A stretch of 64,000 nucleotides of DNA from Hamiltosporidium tvaerminnensis FI-OER-3-3 (GCA_022605425.2 JAKIMF020000004.1:124001-188000), one strand, 5' to 3'; numbered from the stretch's first letter, positions 26,353 through 37,590 are shown. Notes: a model not told the origin generated them from the letters alone. Made by a program: numbers and translations.

Positions 26353-26731
26353 ATAAAATTATTATTTTAAATCTCTTTTTATTTCATTCTTTTTTTTGGA
26401 TAGTGTTTCTGCAAAAAATATTTTTATTCTTTTATAATTTAGTTTATCAAGAATATTATTTTTAGTTCTGTTATTTCTTTATAAATATTGGTTTAGTAAA
26501 AATATTATTTTTCTTATTTTATATTTCTTTTATAAGTATTAGTCTAGTAAAAATATATTTCTTTCTACCCATTATTCATATTCTCTTTTTAAGTATTACT
26601 TTATTAAAATTATTTTTCTTTCTTGTAAGTATTTATGCTAAATTTATTATTTTTTTTTATAAGAAACTTTTGTTTTTAAATAAATTTGTAAAAAAATATA
26701 TTTTATCATTTTTTATTTTTTAAGGTATCTT

Positions 26732-27703
26732 TTACTCTTCAAACTCAATTTTTTTTGCACTTTTTCTCGGTGTCCTTCTTCTTGGTGATGTTGAGTTTAA
26801 TTTTGCTTCGAGTGCTGCCTTTCTAACCGGTGTACCTCCTCCACTTACCCTTCTCCCTTTCTTTTCTTCCTCACTACTTCCTTTCTTCTTTCTTCCCTTT
26901 TTTTCTCCTTCACTATCTTCCCCCTCACTTACTCGTTTACTTACACCTCTTTTTTCTTTAGTTCCCTTCTTTTCTCCTTCACTATCTTCACCCTCACTTA
27001 CTCGTTTACTTACACCTCTTTTTTCTTTACTTCCTCTCTTTGTTTTTTCTCCTCTTTTTTCTTTTATTTCCACATTTTTTATTTCTTCTTCTTCATTTTT
27101 ATTTCTACGATCATAAATTTTGCATAAAACTTCTTTCAAGGGATACCAAGTATTTACAACAAGAATACACGCAGCCATTCCACTATCAGAGTATCTTAGC
27201 TTTCTAAAGACATATAAAACAGTGACTTCACACATCAATTTAAACATTTCCTTTTCATCTATTCTTCTACTTCTATCTCGTATAAAATATTTTTTTACTG
27301 CCATACCCACAAAATCTACAATAAGCAGCCACATAAACATTTGTGTAAAAGTGCCTTTCCTACTATTTTTCATATCCAATAGTAACAGAACTCTTCCTAC
27401 CAAAGAAAAAATATGTGTGATTCCAAACATAAATTGTAAATTTTTGAAATATGGAAATATCAAAATTCCAAACCCAAAACACATCAAAAGTATTGAAGTA
27501 ACCATAAATTGAGAATATACTGTGTTAGCAATAAGGGGTGGCAAAAAAAACACAAAAAAAGTAGAAACTACAGTGTGTGGAAATTCCATGACAATACCGT
27601 GATGTTCTAAGTACAGTGCACTGTTTAGTGTATTGGATAAAGCTATTGCTGCACTTAAAATTGAAGGAAATTGTTTTTGTAGAATTGAAGGTAATCTTTC
27701 CAT
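26732..27703 (-). CDS. Multi-pass membrane protein with a long basic/charged C-terminal tail
   Basis: Several hydrophobic segments in the first ~190 aa; tail has a 23-aa tandem duplication and TPVRK/SPRR/TPRK sites; CCCC before the ATG. Confidence 0.85.
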   Translation of the reverse strand: MERLPSILQKQFPSILSAAIALSNTLNSALYLEHHGIVMEFPHTVVSTFFVFFLPPLIANTVYSQFMVTSILLMCFGFGILIFPYFKNLQFMFGITHIFSLVGRVLLLLDMKNSRKGTFTQMFMWLLIVDFVGMAVKKYFIRDRSRRIDEKEMFKLMCEVTVLYVFRKLRYSDSGMAACILVVNTWYPLKEVLCKIYDRRNKNEEEEIKNVEIKEKRGEKTKRGSKEKRGVSKRVSEGEDSEGEKKGTKEKRGVSKRVSEGEDSEGEKKGRKKKGSSEEEKKGRRVSGGGTPVRKAALEAKLNSTSPRRRTPRKSAKKIEFEE

Positions 27704-27835
27704 TTAAGGGGTTGTTTTTAAGAAATTTAAGGGTTTTTATTTCGATAGATTAAAGGGGGCAATCAAAATTATTTGTTTATTTTTTTTTGAAAAGAAATTC
27801 GAGTTTTTTTTACGTCTTGGAACAAGTTTTTATTT

Positions 27836-28176
27836 AGAAGAATTTTTGAAATGTTTGAATTTAAAGCAACGAATAGGAATTTTTATATTTTTTTAATAGA
27901 ATAATTTTGAAATGTTTGAATTTTAAAGACGAATAGGAATTTAAATTGAAGTTTTTTTTAGTTTTATATTTATTTAATAGAATAATTTTGAAATGTTTAA
28001 ATCTTAAAGAAACGAATAGGAATTTAAATTTTATTTTTTTTAGTTTTATATTTTTTTAATAGAATAATTTTGAAATGTTTAAATCTTAAAGCAACGAATA
28101 GGAATTTTTATATTTTTTTAATAGAATAATTTTGAAATGTTTGAATTTTAAAGTAACGAATAGGAATTTTTATTTA
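27836..28176. repeat. Minisatellite, about 5 units of ~57-75 bp
   Basis: Repeating AATAATTTTGAAATGTTT...ACGAATAGGAATTT. Confidence 0.9.
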
Positions 28177-28369
28177 TAAAAAATATTTTAAAGATTTTAA
28201 TTGTAAGAAAATTATTTAAGATTCTTAGATACATCATGTAAAAAAAAACTCAAAAATTAATTTTAATAAAAATTTTTACAAAAAAAAATTTCAATTTAAA
28301 TGAAAAGAAGTATTTTAGATTGTATGAATCCAATTGAGAGAATAGGTTTAAATAAACCAAAAATTAATT

Positions 28370-28670
28370 TAAGAAACCAAAATATAATACAAGATGAAAT
28401 GAAAATAAGTTAGAATGTAAAGGACAAATCACTAATTTAAGAATCAAAATAGAATCCAAGAAGAAATCCAAGAAGAAATCACAGAAGGAATAAAAATAAT
28501 TTAGAATATAAAGAACAAATAATTAATTTACAAATCTCAGAAGGAATCCAAGAAGGAATAAAATAATTCAGAAAGTAAAGAAAAAATAATTAATTCAAGA
28601 ATCAAAATAGAATATAAGGAAAAACCACAGAAGGAATAAAAGTATAAATTATAAAGAACCAATCACTAAA
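28370..28670. repeat. Degenerate tandem repeat downstream of NCL1
   Basis: Recurring AGAAGGAATAAAAATAATT and AAGAATCAAAATAGAAT blocks. Confidence 0.7.
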
Positions 28671-28701
28671 AATATTTTAAATAATTCTGAATACTGATTG
28701 G

Positions 28702-30498
28702 TTATTTTAAGTTTAAATTTTCTGACATTTCAATTAATTGAAGAACAGATTCTTTTTCTTTTTTACCAACAAAAACACTTATTTTATTTTCTCCGATCCA
28801 ACAACAAAATAGAAATTCTTTATATTGAAGAATTATATTTTTTTTAGGAATATTTTTTTTTTGTAACTCTTCTAAGTCAAAAGAACGATTGTTTATAAGT
28901 TTGAGTGCATCTGTTTTTGATATTTGATGTGGAGAAAGGTGATTAAGATATCGGTATTTTAGAACAGATGGTTTAATTCTGTATGTATTGTGAAAAGATG
29001 TGAAAGCATGTGTACCAGCAGAAATAATTTTAAGATTTGATGGTATATTTTTAAGGAACTCTTTAAGTGTTTCAGATACGAAAATTAAGTCTTTCGTATT
29101 TTTTGAAAAAATATTTTCTATTTTGTTTGAATCACAAATATTTTGTATTTCTGTTGTTTGAATTTCTGTAAGAAAATCGAAATTTGTGGCTTTTTTAGTT
29201 TTTTTATTTAAATTTTGTTTTGTAAAATTTGAAATCTTTTTAAGAACACAAATAAAAAAACCATTTGTGTTCTGATCGTGAGGATAAATTCTGATACATT
29301 TTTTTAATTCAGGATTGTTTTTAGACATAAACGTGTCAGGCGAATCCAAAGGTTTTAAATATCCCTCTGGGTACCATTCTGTAAGACCGGGTCGGTATTT
29401 AATGTTCAGTTCTTTTAGTTTCTCCGAACAATCAATTATTTCAAATTCTTTTGTTTCTAAAATTTGTTGTATTACAAATTCATTTTCATACGGATTTAAA
29501 GAACAAGTCGAATAAACAAAAATACCGCCATTTTCTAATAATTGAAGTCCTTTTTCTACAATTTGCATTTGCAATTTTGTCATTGAAAAAATAGTATTTA
29601 CTGACCAATCTTTCCATAATTCAGCACATTTACGAATCGTTCCATCTCCACCACACGGAACATCACAATAAATTATATCAAATTTGAACGGTAAATTCGG
29701 AAAATATCGTGCATCACACTGTGTTACCACAGTAGATGGTAATTGTAAATGTTCTATTCTTTTCATTAAAATATTTATTCTATTTGGTCGAACATCATTA
29801 AGAATTACAATTCCTTTATTTTCTTCCAATTTAAAAATTTTTACAAAATTTTTATTTTTTAAAATTCTAGAATTTTCATACCAATTTTTAGCTACAAATT
29901 CCAATATTTGACTACTTTTAGAACCAGGAGCAGCACACATATCAAGTACTTTAGAATTAACAGTAGGTTGTATAATAAGTACAGGTAACATACTTACAAG
30001 TTCCTGTCTGTATAAATTACCAACCTCACTCTGTACAACAAGAATATCTTTAAGTTTTTTATATTCCTCTTCAATATTTTTATCTTTAATATTCATATTT
30101 TTGATATTTTTTTCATAATTTAATTCCTCTCCTAATTTATTATTTTCCTCTTTAAAATTATTTTCTTCTTCCAATTTATTTTCTTTCAAATTATTTTCTT
30201 CTCCAAATTTATTTTCTACTCCAAATTTATTATTTTCTCCCAAATTCATTTCTTTAATATTCTTTCTCAATTCATTTTTAGATATTTGTAATGAAAATAC
30301 ATTTGGAAGTATTTCTTTCAACAAAGAAATATTTAAAACTATATCTCTTAATCTGTGATAAGATGAAGACATCGTATTCAATCTAAAAGTAATTGGAAGT
30401 GGTTTTTCTATAAAAGTAAGAAATTCTTCAAAGTCTTCATTTTCTAATGCAAGATTTTTTTTATAAAAATTTATAAATGATTTTGAAATTATTGTCAT
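28702..30498 (-). CDS. NCL1: tRNA (cytosine-C5) methyltransferase, NCL1/TRM4/NSUN2 family
   Basis: RQELVSMLP, DMCAAPGSK, DVPCGGDG, YSTCSLNP.ENE, RIYPHDQNTNGFF. Confidence 0.93.
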   Translation of the reverse strand: MTIISKSFINFYKKNLALENEDFEEFLTFIEKPLPITFRLNTMSSSYHRLRDIVLNISLLKEILPNVFSLQISKNELRKNIKEMNLGENNKFGVENKFGEENNLKENKLEEENNFKEENNKLGEELNYEKNIKNMNIKDKNIEEEYKKLKDILVVQSEVGNLYRQELVSMLPVLIIQPTVNSKVLDMCAAPGSKSSQILEFVAKNWYENSRILKNKNFVKIFKLEENKGIVILNDVRPNRINILMKRIEHLQLPSTVVTQCDARYFPNLPFKFDIIYCDVPCGGDGTIRKCAELWKDWSVNTIFSMTKLQMQIVEKGLQLLENGGIFVYSTCSLNPYENEFVIQQILETKEFEIIDCSEKLKELNIKYRPGLTEWYPEGYLKPLDSPDTFMSKNNPELKKCIRIYPHDQNTNGFFICVLKKISNFTKQNLNKKTKKATNFDFLTEIQTTEIQNICDSNKIENIFSKNTKDLIFVSETLKEFLKNIPSNLKIISAGTHAFTSFHNTYRIKPSVLKYRYLNHLSPHQISKTDALKLINNRSFDLEELQKKNIPKKNIILQYKEFLFCCWIGENKISVFVGKKEKESVLQLIEMSENLNLK

Positions 30499-30717
30499 TG
30501 AAAAAAGGGTTTAATTATTTATTCTACTGATGTTTTAAAAATCTACTTTTAAAAAAATAAAAATAAATAAATAAATAATTATCTAAGAAGATATATAAAG
30601 ATATAAATATGGTAGGATTATAGAAAAACCATTTTTTTTATCTTTTTTCTTACACTTTGTTTCATCTTATTTGATTTTAGTGTTGGTAATAATTAATTCT
30701 AGAATTTTCTATTTTTT

Positions 30718-30870
30718 TATAATTTCTCATATTTTTTTAATTTCTTATATTTTTTTAATTTCTTATATTTTTTTTAATTTCTTATATTTTTTTAAATATT
30801 TTCTAATTTCTTATACTTTCCAATATTTCTTATACTTTCGAATACTTCCAATATTTCCAATACTTCTAAT
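30718..30870. repeat. ~18-bp tandem repeat in the NCL1/DnaJ divergent intergenic region
   Basis: Repeats of TTTTTTAATTTCTTATA, grading into ATACTTCCA-like variants. Confidence 0.8.
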
Positions 30871-30988
30871 CTTTTATTTTTCCAAGTCTATAAAACAAAT
30901 ATTTCATCTAAAAAAATCCAACCAATTAGATCCTTCCAAATGTAAATATTTTTTTAATAAAAATAAAAAACCCTTTTGTTTATTCAAA

Positions 30989-32422
30989 ATGTTTCAATTC
31001 TTTATAATTGTATGGTTACAGAGATTAAAAGGAAGAGATTCTTCTTTTACATACGATGATGCTATGTACCATTACAGAATAGGTGATGTACAACAAGCTT
31101 TAGAAGTATTTACAAATTTACATACCGAAAATTCTTCAAGTACTGCTGTAAACCTTGGATATGCAAAGGTTTTGTATTCATGCGGTAAATACAAGAAAAT
31201 TCTTGATTTATTTAATGAAGAAAAAAATGAATCGATTTCTGAAATTGTAGAAAATGCACGGATGAATAAAAAGAAAGCAGAAAGAAATCTTGAAGAAAAT
31301 ATTGAAGATTTATATACAGAAAGTCCTTATAATATTGAGTTTTTAGAGAAAATTGTTTTAAAAAAAATAAAAAAGAATCTTTTAGTTGAAGCGCTTCAAC
31401 TTCTTAGTAGTAAGAAATCTTTAGTAGAAAATAACAAAAAACTTTTACAATTGAAAGCTTTAATTTTTGTATTTCAAGATAAAATTGAAGCAGCTGAAGA
31501 TATTTTTATTAAGGAGTTCCGTGATAATAAAACTATGAAACAGTTTAAATCTATACGACAAGAATATAAGAATATTGAAAATATTCGAGATAAAAGACAA
31601 AGATTTTATGGTCTTCGAGATTTTTTGTTAAAGATTGATACTCTAGATCTTGGATCTTTACTTCCTGTCAGTATTTATCATAATATTAAACTTGGAGCAC
31701 TTAAAGAACTTTTAAGTATTGGAATACATTTTAAGGCGAAGGGTTTGGTTCCTAAAGCTGAGTTGTACAATAAAATGGCTGATACTGACAATTCTAGGTA
31801 TATTTATGTTTTGGCTTATCTTTACAGTGGAAATATCAGTGAGGCTTATTCGCTGGTTGAAACTTTACATTTTGAAGATGAAAAATACAGAAGCAGCGCG
31901 AGAAGTAAAATTTTAACTGAAAAACAACGAATGAAGGAAGAAGAGGAGGAGGAAAGAGAAAGACAGAGACAGCAAGAGGAATGGCAAAAACAACAACGAA
32001 GGAGTAGAAGAGGAACTAAAAAGAGTGACGATCCTGATCCGAAGGGTTACTACAAATCCTTAGGAGTTCAAAAAACAGCTACAAAAAAAGAAATAAAAAA
32101 AGCGTACATTAAAGCTGCCAGAAAATATAATCCTGATTTAATAGAAGATGCAAAAGAAAAAGAAAAAATGACAAAAAAATTGATGGAAATAAATTCGGCA
32201 AAATCTGTTCTTTTGGACGATGAAAAACGTAAAGATTATGACGATGGAATTATTGAAGGAGAGGAACCTTTTGCACAAGACTTTGATCAAAAACAGTTCT
32301 CTGATATTTTTAGTATGTTCTTTGGTGGTGCTGGTGGTAATATGGGTGGTGCAGGTGGTTCCAGGTTTTTCTCTTCTTCTAGACCTGGCCAGCAACAAAC
32401 TTACTATTATTATAGTTATTAA
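30989..32422 (+). CDS. TPR-like plus C-terminal J-domain co-chaperone (DNAJC3/P58IPK/Jem1-like); likely start is the ATG at 30989
   Basis: Short hydrophobic N-terminus, helical repeats, YYKSLGV...EIKKAY..AARKYNPD...LLDDEKRKDYD, G/F-rich tail; CCC at 30971-30973. Confidence 0.88.
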   Translation: MFQFFIIVWLQRLKGRDSSFTYDDAMYHYRIGDVQQALEVFTNLHTENSSSTAVNLGYAKVLYSCGKYKKILDLFNEEKNESISEIVENARMNKKKAERNLEENIEDLYTESPYNIEFLEKIVLKKIKKNLLVEALQLLSSKKSLVENNKKLLQLKALIFVFQDKIEAAEDIFIKEFRDNKTMKQFKSIRQEYKNIENIRDKRQRFYGLRDFLLKIDTLDLGSLLPVSIYHNIKLGALKELLSIGIHFKAKGLVPKAELYNKMADTDNSRYIYVLAYLYSGNISEAYSLVETLHFEDEKYRSSARSKILTEKQRMKEEEEEERERQRQQEEWQKQQRRSRRGTKKSDDPDPKGYYKSLGVQKTATKKEIKKAYIKAARKYNPDLIEDAKEKEKMTKKLMEINSAKSVLLDDEKRKDYDDGIIEGEEPFAQDFDQKQFSDIFSMFFGGAGGNMGGAGGSRFFSSSRPGQQQTYYYYSY

Positions 32423-32427
32423 AAGCA

Positions 32428-34460
32428 TTTTAAATTTAATTTCGTAAATATTCTCTATTTTCTTTAATCGTAGTATTTTTTATTCTTATTTTCTTATTAT
32501 TTTTAAATTTAATTTTTTAAATATTCTCTATTTTCTTTAATCGTAGTATTGTTTATGCTTATTTTCTTATTATTTTTAAATTTAATTTTTTAAATATTCT
32601 CTATTTTCTTTAATCGTAGTATTTTTTATTCTTATTTTAAATTTTATTTTCTTATTATTTTTAAATTTAATTTTTTAAATATTCTCTATTTTCTTTAATC
32701 GTAGTATTTTTTATGCTAAAGAACAAAATACATCTACGCCCAGGATGCAAAGAACGTCTATACCTTCCACGTAAAGAACTTGGAAGAGGTTTACATAGTG
32801 TCGAGTTCAAAAGCGAACATATGCTTTTGCAACTCTTGGATTGTCTGGAAAAACATAAAGATACATCGACCAGAAGAGCAGCAATCCTAAAGGTTGAGAA
32901 TAATAATAAAACCCACCTTTCACTAATTAAAAACTTTTTAAAAATAAAATACGGGTTGGAAGAGGAAGTCACAAAAAAGAAATTGGAAGAAGCTCAACTA
33001 GCTAACCTATATAACGAAATCAAAAACCGAAAACTACATTCAAAGTTATATAGCGCTAGAAATAACGAGCTGGTAAGTGTAAATGACTCCTCAAGATGGT
33101 TAAAGAAAGGAAGTGTAAGACCACGTGATGAAGCAGTGTTCTGTTATATCCAGGATAGAAATGTTTTCTGGGGTGCAGAAGGTATGTGTCAACACTGCAA
33201 CCAGTCTAGGAAAACTGTTGATCACTTAGCAACGAGATGTGAAAAAATGCTTGGTCATGACTATACTAGACGACATAATGAAGTGGTACGATGTATACAT
33301 TTACTCTTGCTGAATAAATATAAGTTTAAGTCTTCGAAACGAATTAGAAGCCACTCAGTTCAAGAAATTCTTGATAACGAATATGCAGAGATAAGAGTGG
33401 ACACCAGAATAAAAACTGATGTCAAGATCCGGTGTAACAGACCAGATATATTTATTTTAGACAAGAGACAGAATAGGATAACCCTCATTGAAGTAGGAAT
33501 CACATCCCAAGACTCTCTTCAAATAGTTGAAACAGAGAAGCTTAGGAAGTATGACCTATTAGCAAATGAGTTAGGTTTTATTTATAAATGCAATGTAGAG
33601 ATAATTCCTTATGTGATGACCTGGGACGGTATTGTGACAAAATACCATAAGACGTATGTTAAGAGACTGCAAATACCTATGAATGTAGAGGGATATATAC
33701 AATCCATAGTACTCAAGAAGACAGTCGAAACAATTTCTTTTGATCGACGAAGAAGACTTGAGTCTGGTCCAAATGCCGAGGAGAGCTGGGAGAGAGCATC
33801 ATTAAGTGTTATCTTAGGAGCTGAGATGCATAAACAACCAATACCCCCTTTAAAGCAAGTAGACAACGAGGAAGATGATGTTAAAACGGAAAATACAAAA
33901 AATATTTTACCCCTTATTTTGGATGGCATAACCACAGCAAAGGAACCAACAACTAATACAAATGAAGAGTTGGAGTTGGAGGAAGCGATAGAAGTGGTTG
34001 AAATGGTGGAAAGAATTATTTAAAAAGAAAAATTTGTTAACCCAGAATTTTATTAAATAAAAGTTTTTTATGCTTATTTTCTTATTATTTTTAAATTTAA
34101 TTTTTTAAATATTCTCTATTTTCTTTAATCGTAGTATTTTTTATTCTTATTTTTTATGCTTATTTTCCTATTATTTTTAAATTTAATTTTTTAAATATTC
34201 TCTATTTTCTTTAATCGTAGTATTTTTTATTCTTATTTTTATAGTATTTTTAAATTTAATGTTTTCTTATTTTTGAAATACTTCTTTAATCGTAGTATTG
34301 GTTATTCTTATTTAAAATTTTCTTTTAATCGTAGTATTATTTATATTTTAAATCTCATTTTTTTTTCTTTTTTAACATTTTTTTAAAATAAATTTTCTTT
34401 CAAATCGTATTGTATTATTTATATTTTAAATCTCTTTTTTAAATCGAATATTTTTTTAAA
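32428..34460. repeat. ~75-bp minisatellite (32428-32717 and 34064-34460) split by an RLE retrotransposon insertion
   Basis: Unit TTTTTAAATTTAATTTTTTAAATATTCTCTATTTTCTTTAATCGTAGTATT on both sides of the insertion. Confidence 0.9.
32718..34063 (+). mobile_element. 5'-truncated RLE non-LTR retrotransposon copy (thumb, CCHC, RLE, 3' end)
   Basis: Highly similar to 57776-58915; 11-bp TSD TTTTTTATGCT at 32707-32717 and 34064-34074; ORF still open, with its ATG supplied by the target site. Confidence 0.95.
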
Positions 34461-34486
34461 ATTAAAAGAATTAAAATACAATTTTA

Positions 34487-34906
34487 TTACATTTCTTCGT
34501 TTTGTTCTTCTTCACTTTTATAATCACTTAAATCTCCATAATCTTCATATTTAAACCCATAATTTTCTAATTTGAAACTTCTAAAAATATCTTTAGCACC
34601 AACAAAATAATCGGTAATTAACACATTTAAACATTCTTCAACACAATTTCTCCATTTTTCTATAATAAAATCTAAATTATTTTTATTTTTTCTAAATTTT
34701 TCTATCATACATAATTTTCGATGCATGTCTTTGTTAAGAAATGCGGATGTTTTAAATTGATCGGAATATCTTTTTGGCTTGGTGATAGATTTCTTTCGTT
34801 TGGAAGGTTCAGTTATTTCTTTACGTTTGTAAAACTTTATAGTGTCTACTATTATCTCTTCGTAATTTTCTTTTTCATCTTCTTTTATTTCTGTAATGAA
34901 AACCAT
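34487..34906 (-). CDS. Sfr1/Mei5-like recombination accessory protein
   Basis: NLDFIIEKWRNCVEECLNVL resembles the Sfr1/Mei5 C-terminal LIxKWR motif; CCC upstream of the ATG. Confidence 0.6.
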   Translation of the reverse strand: MVFITEIKEDEKENYEEIIVDTIKFYKRKEITEPSKRKKSITKPKRYSDQFKTSAFLNKDMHRKLCMIEKFRKNKNNLDFIIEKWRNCVEECLNVLITDYFVGAKDIFRSFKLENYGFKYEDYGDLSDYKSEEEQNEEM

Positions 34907-35109
34907 TTATGGGCATAAAAAGTTTTTCATGTTTTTGACTAAAAAAATCGATTGTAAGTCAAAATTAAAGTCTTGAATATTTTTTTGGATAAAAGAAAGA
35001 ATTTATAAAGAAACTAGAAATTTAATTATATAAATTTATTGGAAGTAATCTGTTTCAATTTATCCTGATAACCTTTCTTGTTTAGATTAGAATGCAAAAT
35101 TAAAATATT

Positions 35110-35822
35110 TATTTAATAAATATTACATCTTTTTGAAAAAGTGGCTTGTTTTATATTATTTTAATGACAAGGATGCAGTTCTAGGTTTTACATAAATAGC
35201 TGCAGACTTAAGAAACCAGTCAGTTTTTTTCCCCAAAAACGTAGAATTCAGGATTTTTTATATAAAAAGGTACGTATAGTGTATATAGCGAGTGAATAGG
35301 GCTGGAATTCTTTAAAGTCTGTTGCTTGATATGTGATCATGAAGAAAGCTTACCCTCCTAGAGATCAAAAGATGATCCAACAACTCAACATTTTACGAGT
35401 CAAATAAACTTTTAACTAAGATATATCTCGGTAGTTTACATAGGATCGCCTATAGACAGTAATGTCATACTAACAAGTATTAACTTATACCTTTAATTTC
35501 TGGCTTTTTTAAAGGACATTTTTTTGTATCTCTTAGGCCTAAACTTTTCTAACATATGTGAAGGAGCTATAATTCCATATTTTACATGACAATTACCTAC
35601 AAGTTCAACCAAAGTTTCAATCCAGTTACATAAAAAACTACAAACCAACTTTTCAGGAAAAGTTTCGCTATTCTGTAGACCTTTTCCTCCCCATACAAAT
35701 TCACATAAAATAACCAAAAATTCACAGTTGTTTCTTTCAACCGAGATTTAAAACAATAGTTTTTCGGGTGATTTGTTCTGATTATTACTAAGCAAGAAGT
35801 TTAAAGCGTTTATATCTTTTCT
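35110..35822 (-). mobile_element. SINE-like repeat, copy G (old, diverged)
   Basis: GCAGTTCTAGGTTT, AATGTCATAC, CAATTACCTAC, GTTACATAAAAAACTACAAA in the same order as in copy C. Confidence 0.85.
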
Positions 35823-36285
35823 GTCACATGTAATAATGACAGAAATTAATTTGCATTTAATTTCATTATAGTTAATTCTAAAAGGTTTATTCTTCAATGA
35901 AGCATAATTTAAGGTATATTGAATATTAAAAATTAAATTTCTGTAATTCTATTGTATCTATGTGAAATATGATATTCTCGCGTGTTTCAACAGGGAATTA
36001 CAACTATAGAGACCCCTTATAAAAGTAAAATTATATATGTTGGTATTCATTTTGACTTCTATAGCTTGATAAAATAAATTTTACAGAAAATATTTGAAAT
36101 CCACAGATCAAAAACTTAGAAGAAAAATAAAGCAAAAAACTAAAATATTTGTTTCTTAATTCGATTAGATTTTGAGAATTAATATATTATAAAGTTTAAA
36201 CATCTTTTATGTAATAGAGCCTAAATTCTACAAAGCAATAGCATTACCCTATTATAGCAATTTAATATTAGGATATTCTTTTATA

Positions 36286-36395
36286 TGGTGGAAGGAGGAT
36301 AATCACATTAAAAACTATCTGCTTGGCAATAGGTGTCTAGAATTTTTTGAAATCATTGTTGAGTTTTGGTAGGATATAAACCACACTGAATTTAT
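36286..36395 (+). repeat. 5'-end fragment of the SINE-like repeat (H)
   Basis: GGTGGAAGGAGGATAATCAC...CTGCTTGGCAAT...TCATTGTT...AAACCACACT. Confidence 0.8.
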
Positions 36396-36722
36396 AGGCC
36401 GATCCCCGATAATACTGCGATATGCTGATTAAAAGAAACAAATGAAAAATTTTCATTTTTCATCCTCGACACCGAGAGGCTAAATAGAACTGAATAAGTA
36501 TGTAAGTATTTTCCTAATAATTTCGAATATATTTTAATTTCGTTTCTTCATTAAAATTTATTCTTGATTTCTGGATTTCTTGATATATTTGAAACATATT
36601 TCATGATCTTCATGCTTCTACAGAATCGCATCGATATTTATGAAATTTATAAAAGATGTATAATCGAGATTTTTCAATGGTAAAATTTTGCTATAATATG
36701 TTTTTTGATCAAAGAAAAACTT

Positions 36723-36882
36723 TAATTTGTCTTTTTAAGTACTATCGACTGAATGTATGCATCTATTTCAATTTATGATTAAAGATTTATTTATTATAAG
36801 ATTTAAATAAATAATATAATTTGTCTTTTTAAGTACTATCGACTGAATGTATGCATCTATTTCAATTTATGATTAAAGATTT
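36723..36882. repeat. Exact ~66-bp direct duplication (period 94) just downstream of TRS23
   Basis: TAATTTGTCTTTTTAAGTACTATCGACTGAATG...AAAGATTT at 36723 and 36817. Confidence 0.9.
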
Positions 36883-36899
36883 CAAATTTTATTCCAGAA

Positions 36900-37274
36900 T
36901 CAATAATTTTTTAAAATCTCTTCAGGTACAAACAAATGACAATTTATAGGCATATCCATAATATAAAACGGATTACACATAACATAATCAATATACATTC
37001 GATATATTTTATTAAATACTTCTCTTTTAATATCATTATTACTTACAAATATAAACATTGCACCTGAAACTAAACAAAAAATAGTTATTATACGTTTCTT
37101 TAAATACATTCTTATTTCTCTTCTATCATTTTCTTTAATTTGATTCATTATATAATATAATGAGTGTAATGTACTTGTAAGTACCAGTAGTTTGTTATCT
37201 TCTGATTTTATTCCTTCTTCATACGAATACAACATACTTCCAAATCTATTCACAATAAAAAATTGGTGAATCAT
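36900..37274 (-). CDS. TRS23: TRAPP complex subunit Trs23/TRAPPC4 (sybindin-like)
   Basis: FIVNRFGSMLY, LTSTLHSL, YIDYVMCNPFYIMDMPINCHLF. Confidence 0.85.
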   Translation of the reverse strand: MIHQFFIVNRFGSMLYSYEEGIKSEDNKLLVLTSTLHSLYYIMNQIKENDRREIRMYLKKRIITIFCLVSGAMFIFVSNNDIKREVFNKIYRMYIDYVMCNPFYIMDMPINCHLFVPEEILKNY

Positions 37275-37374
37275 TTTAAGGGTTCTTTTTTCAAAAAATA
37301 AAAAAAGTTATTTTGTTACGAATTTTTCTTTACAATTGAATTTATTTATGCTTTTGAAATTTAAATTTATTAAA

Positions 37375-37590
37375 AATTTGTTTTAAGGATTGAGGAGGTC
37401 AGGGGTTTTTAAGGGCTATAGTGCCATTTAGTAGTAGGTGTAGTAAAATATTTGTTTTAAGGAATAAAGAGTTCTGGTTTTTTTAAGAGCTGTAGCGTCA
37501 TTTGATGGAAGTCGTAGTAAAATATTGTTTTAAGAATTAAGGAGGTCAGGGGTTTTTAAGGGCTATAGTGCCATTTACTAGTAGTTGAAA
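37375..37590. repeat. Three ~78-bp units in the TRS23/PNO1 divergent intergenic region
   Basis: GGAGGTCAGGGGTTTTTAAGGGCTATAGTGCCATTT twice, with a diverged middle unit. Confidence 0.85.

Noticed and set aside
27836-28176. CRISPR-like appearance of the tandem arrays (also 32428-34460 and the TIR repeats)
   Set aside because: No unique spacers, no cas genes, eukaryotic context
30671-30988. Hydrophobic N-terminal extension of the DnaJ ORF
   Set aside because: It starts at TTG and translates a T-rich tandem repeat; the CCC-preceded ATG is at 30989
36502-36522. GTAAGTATTTTCCTAATAA, similar to a micro-intron
   Set aside because: No 3' AG and no open flanking exons
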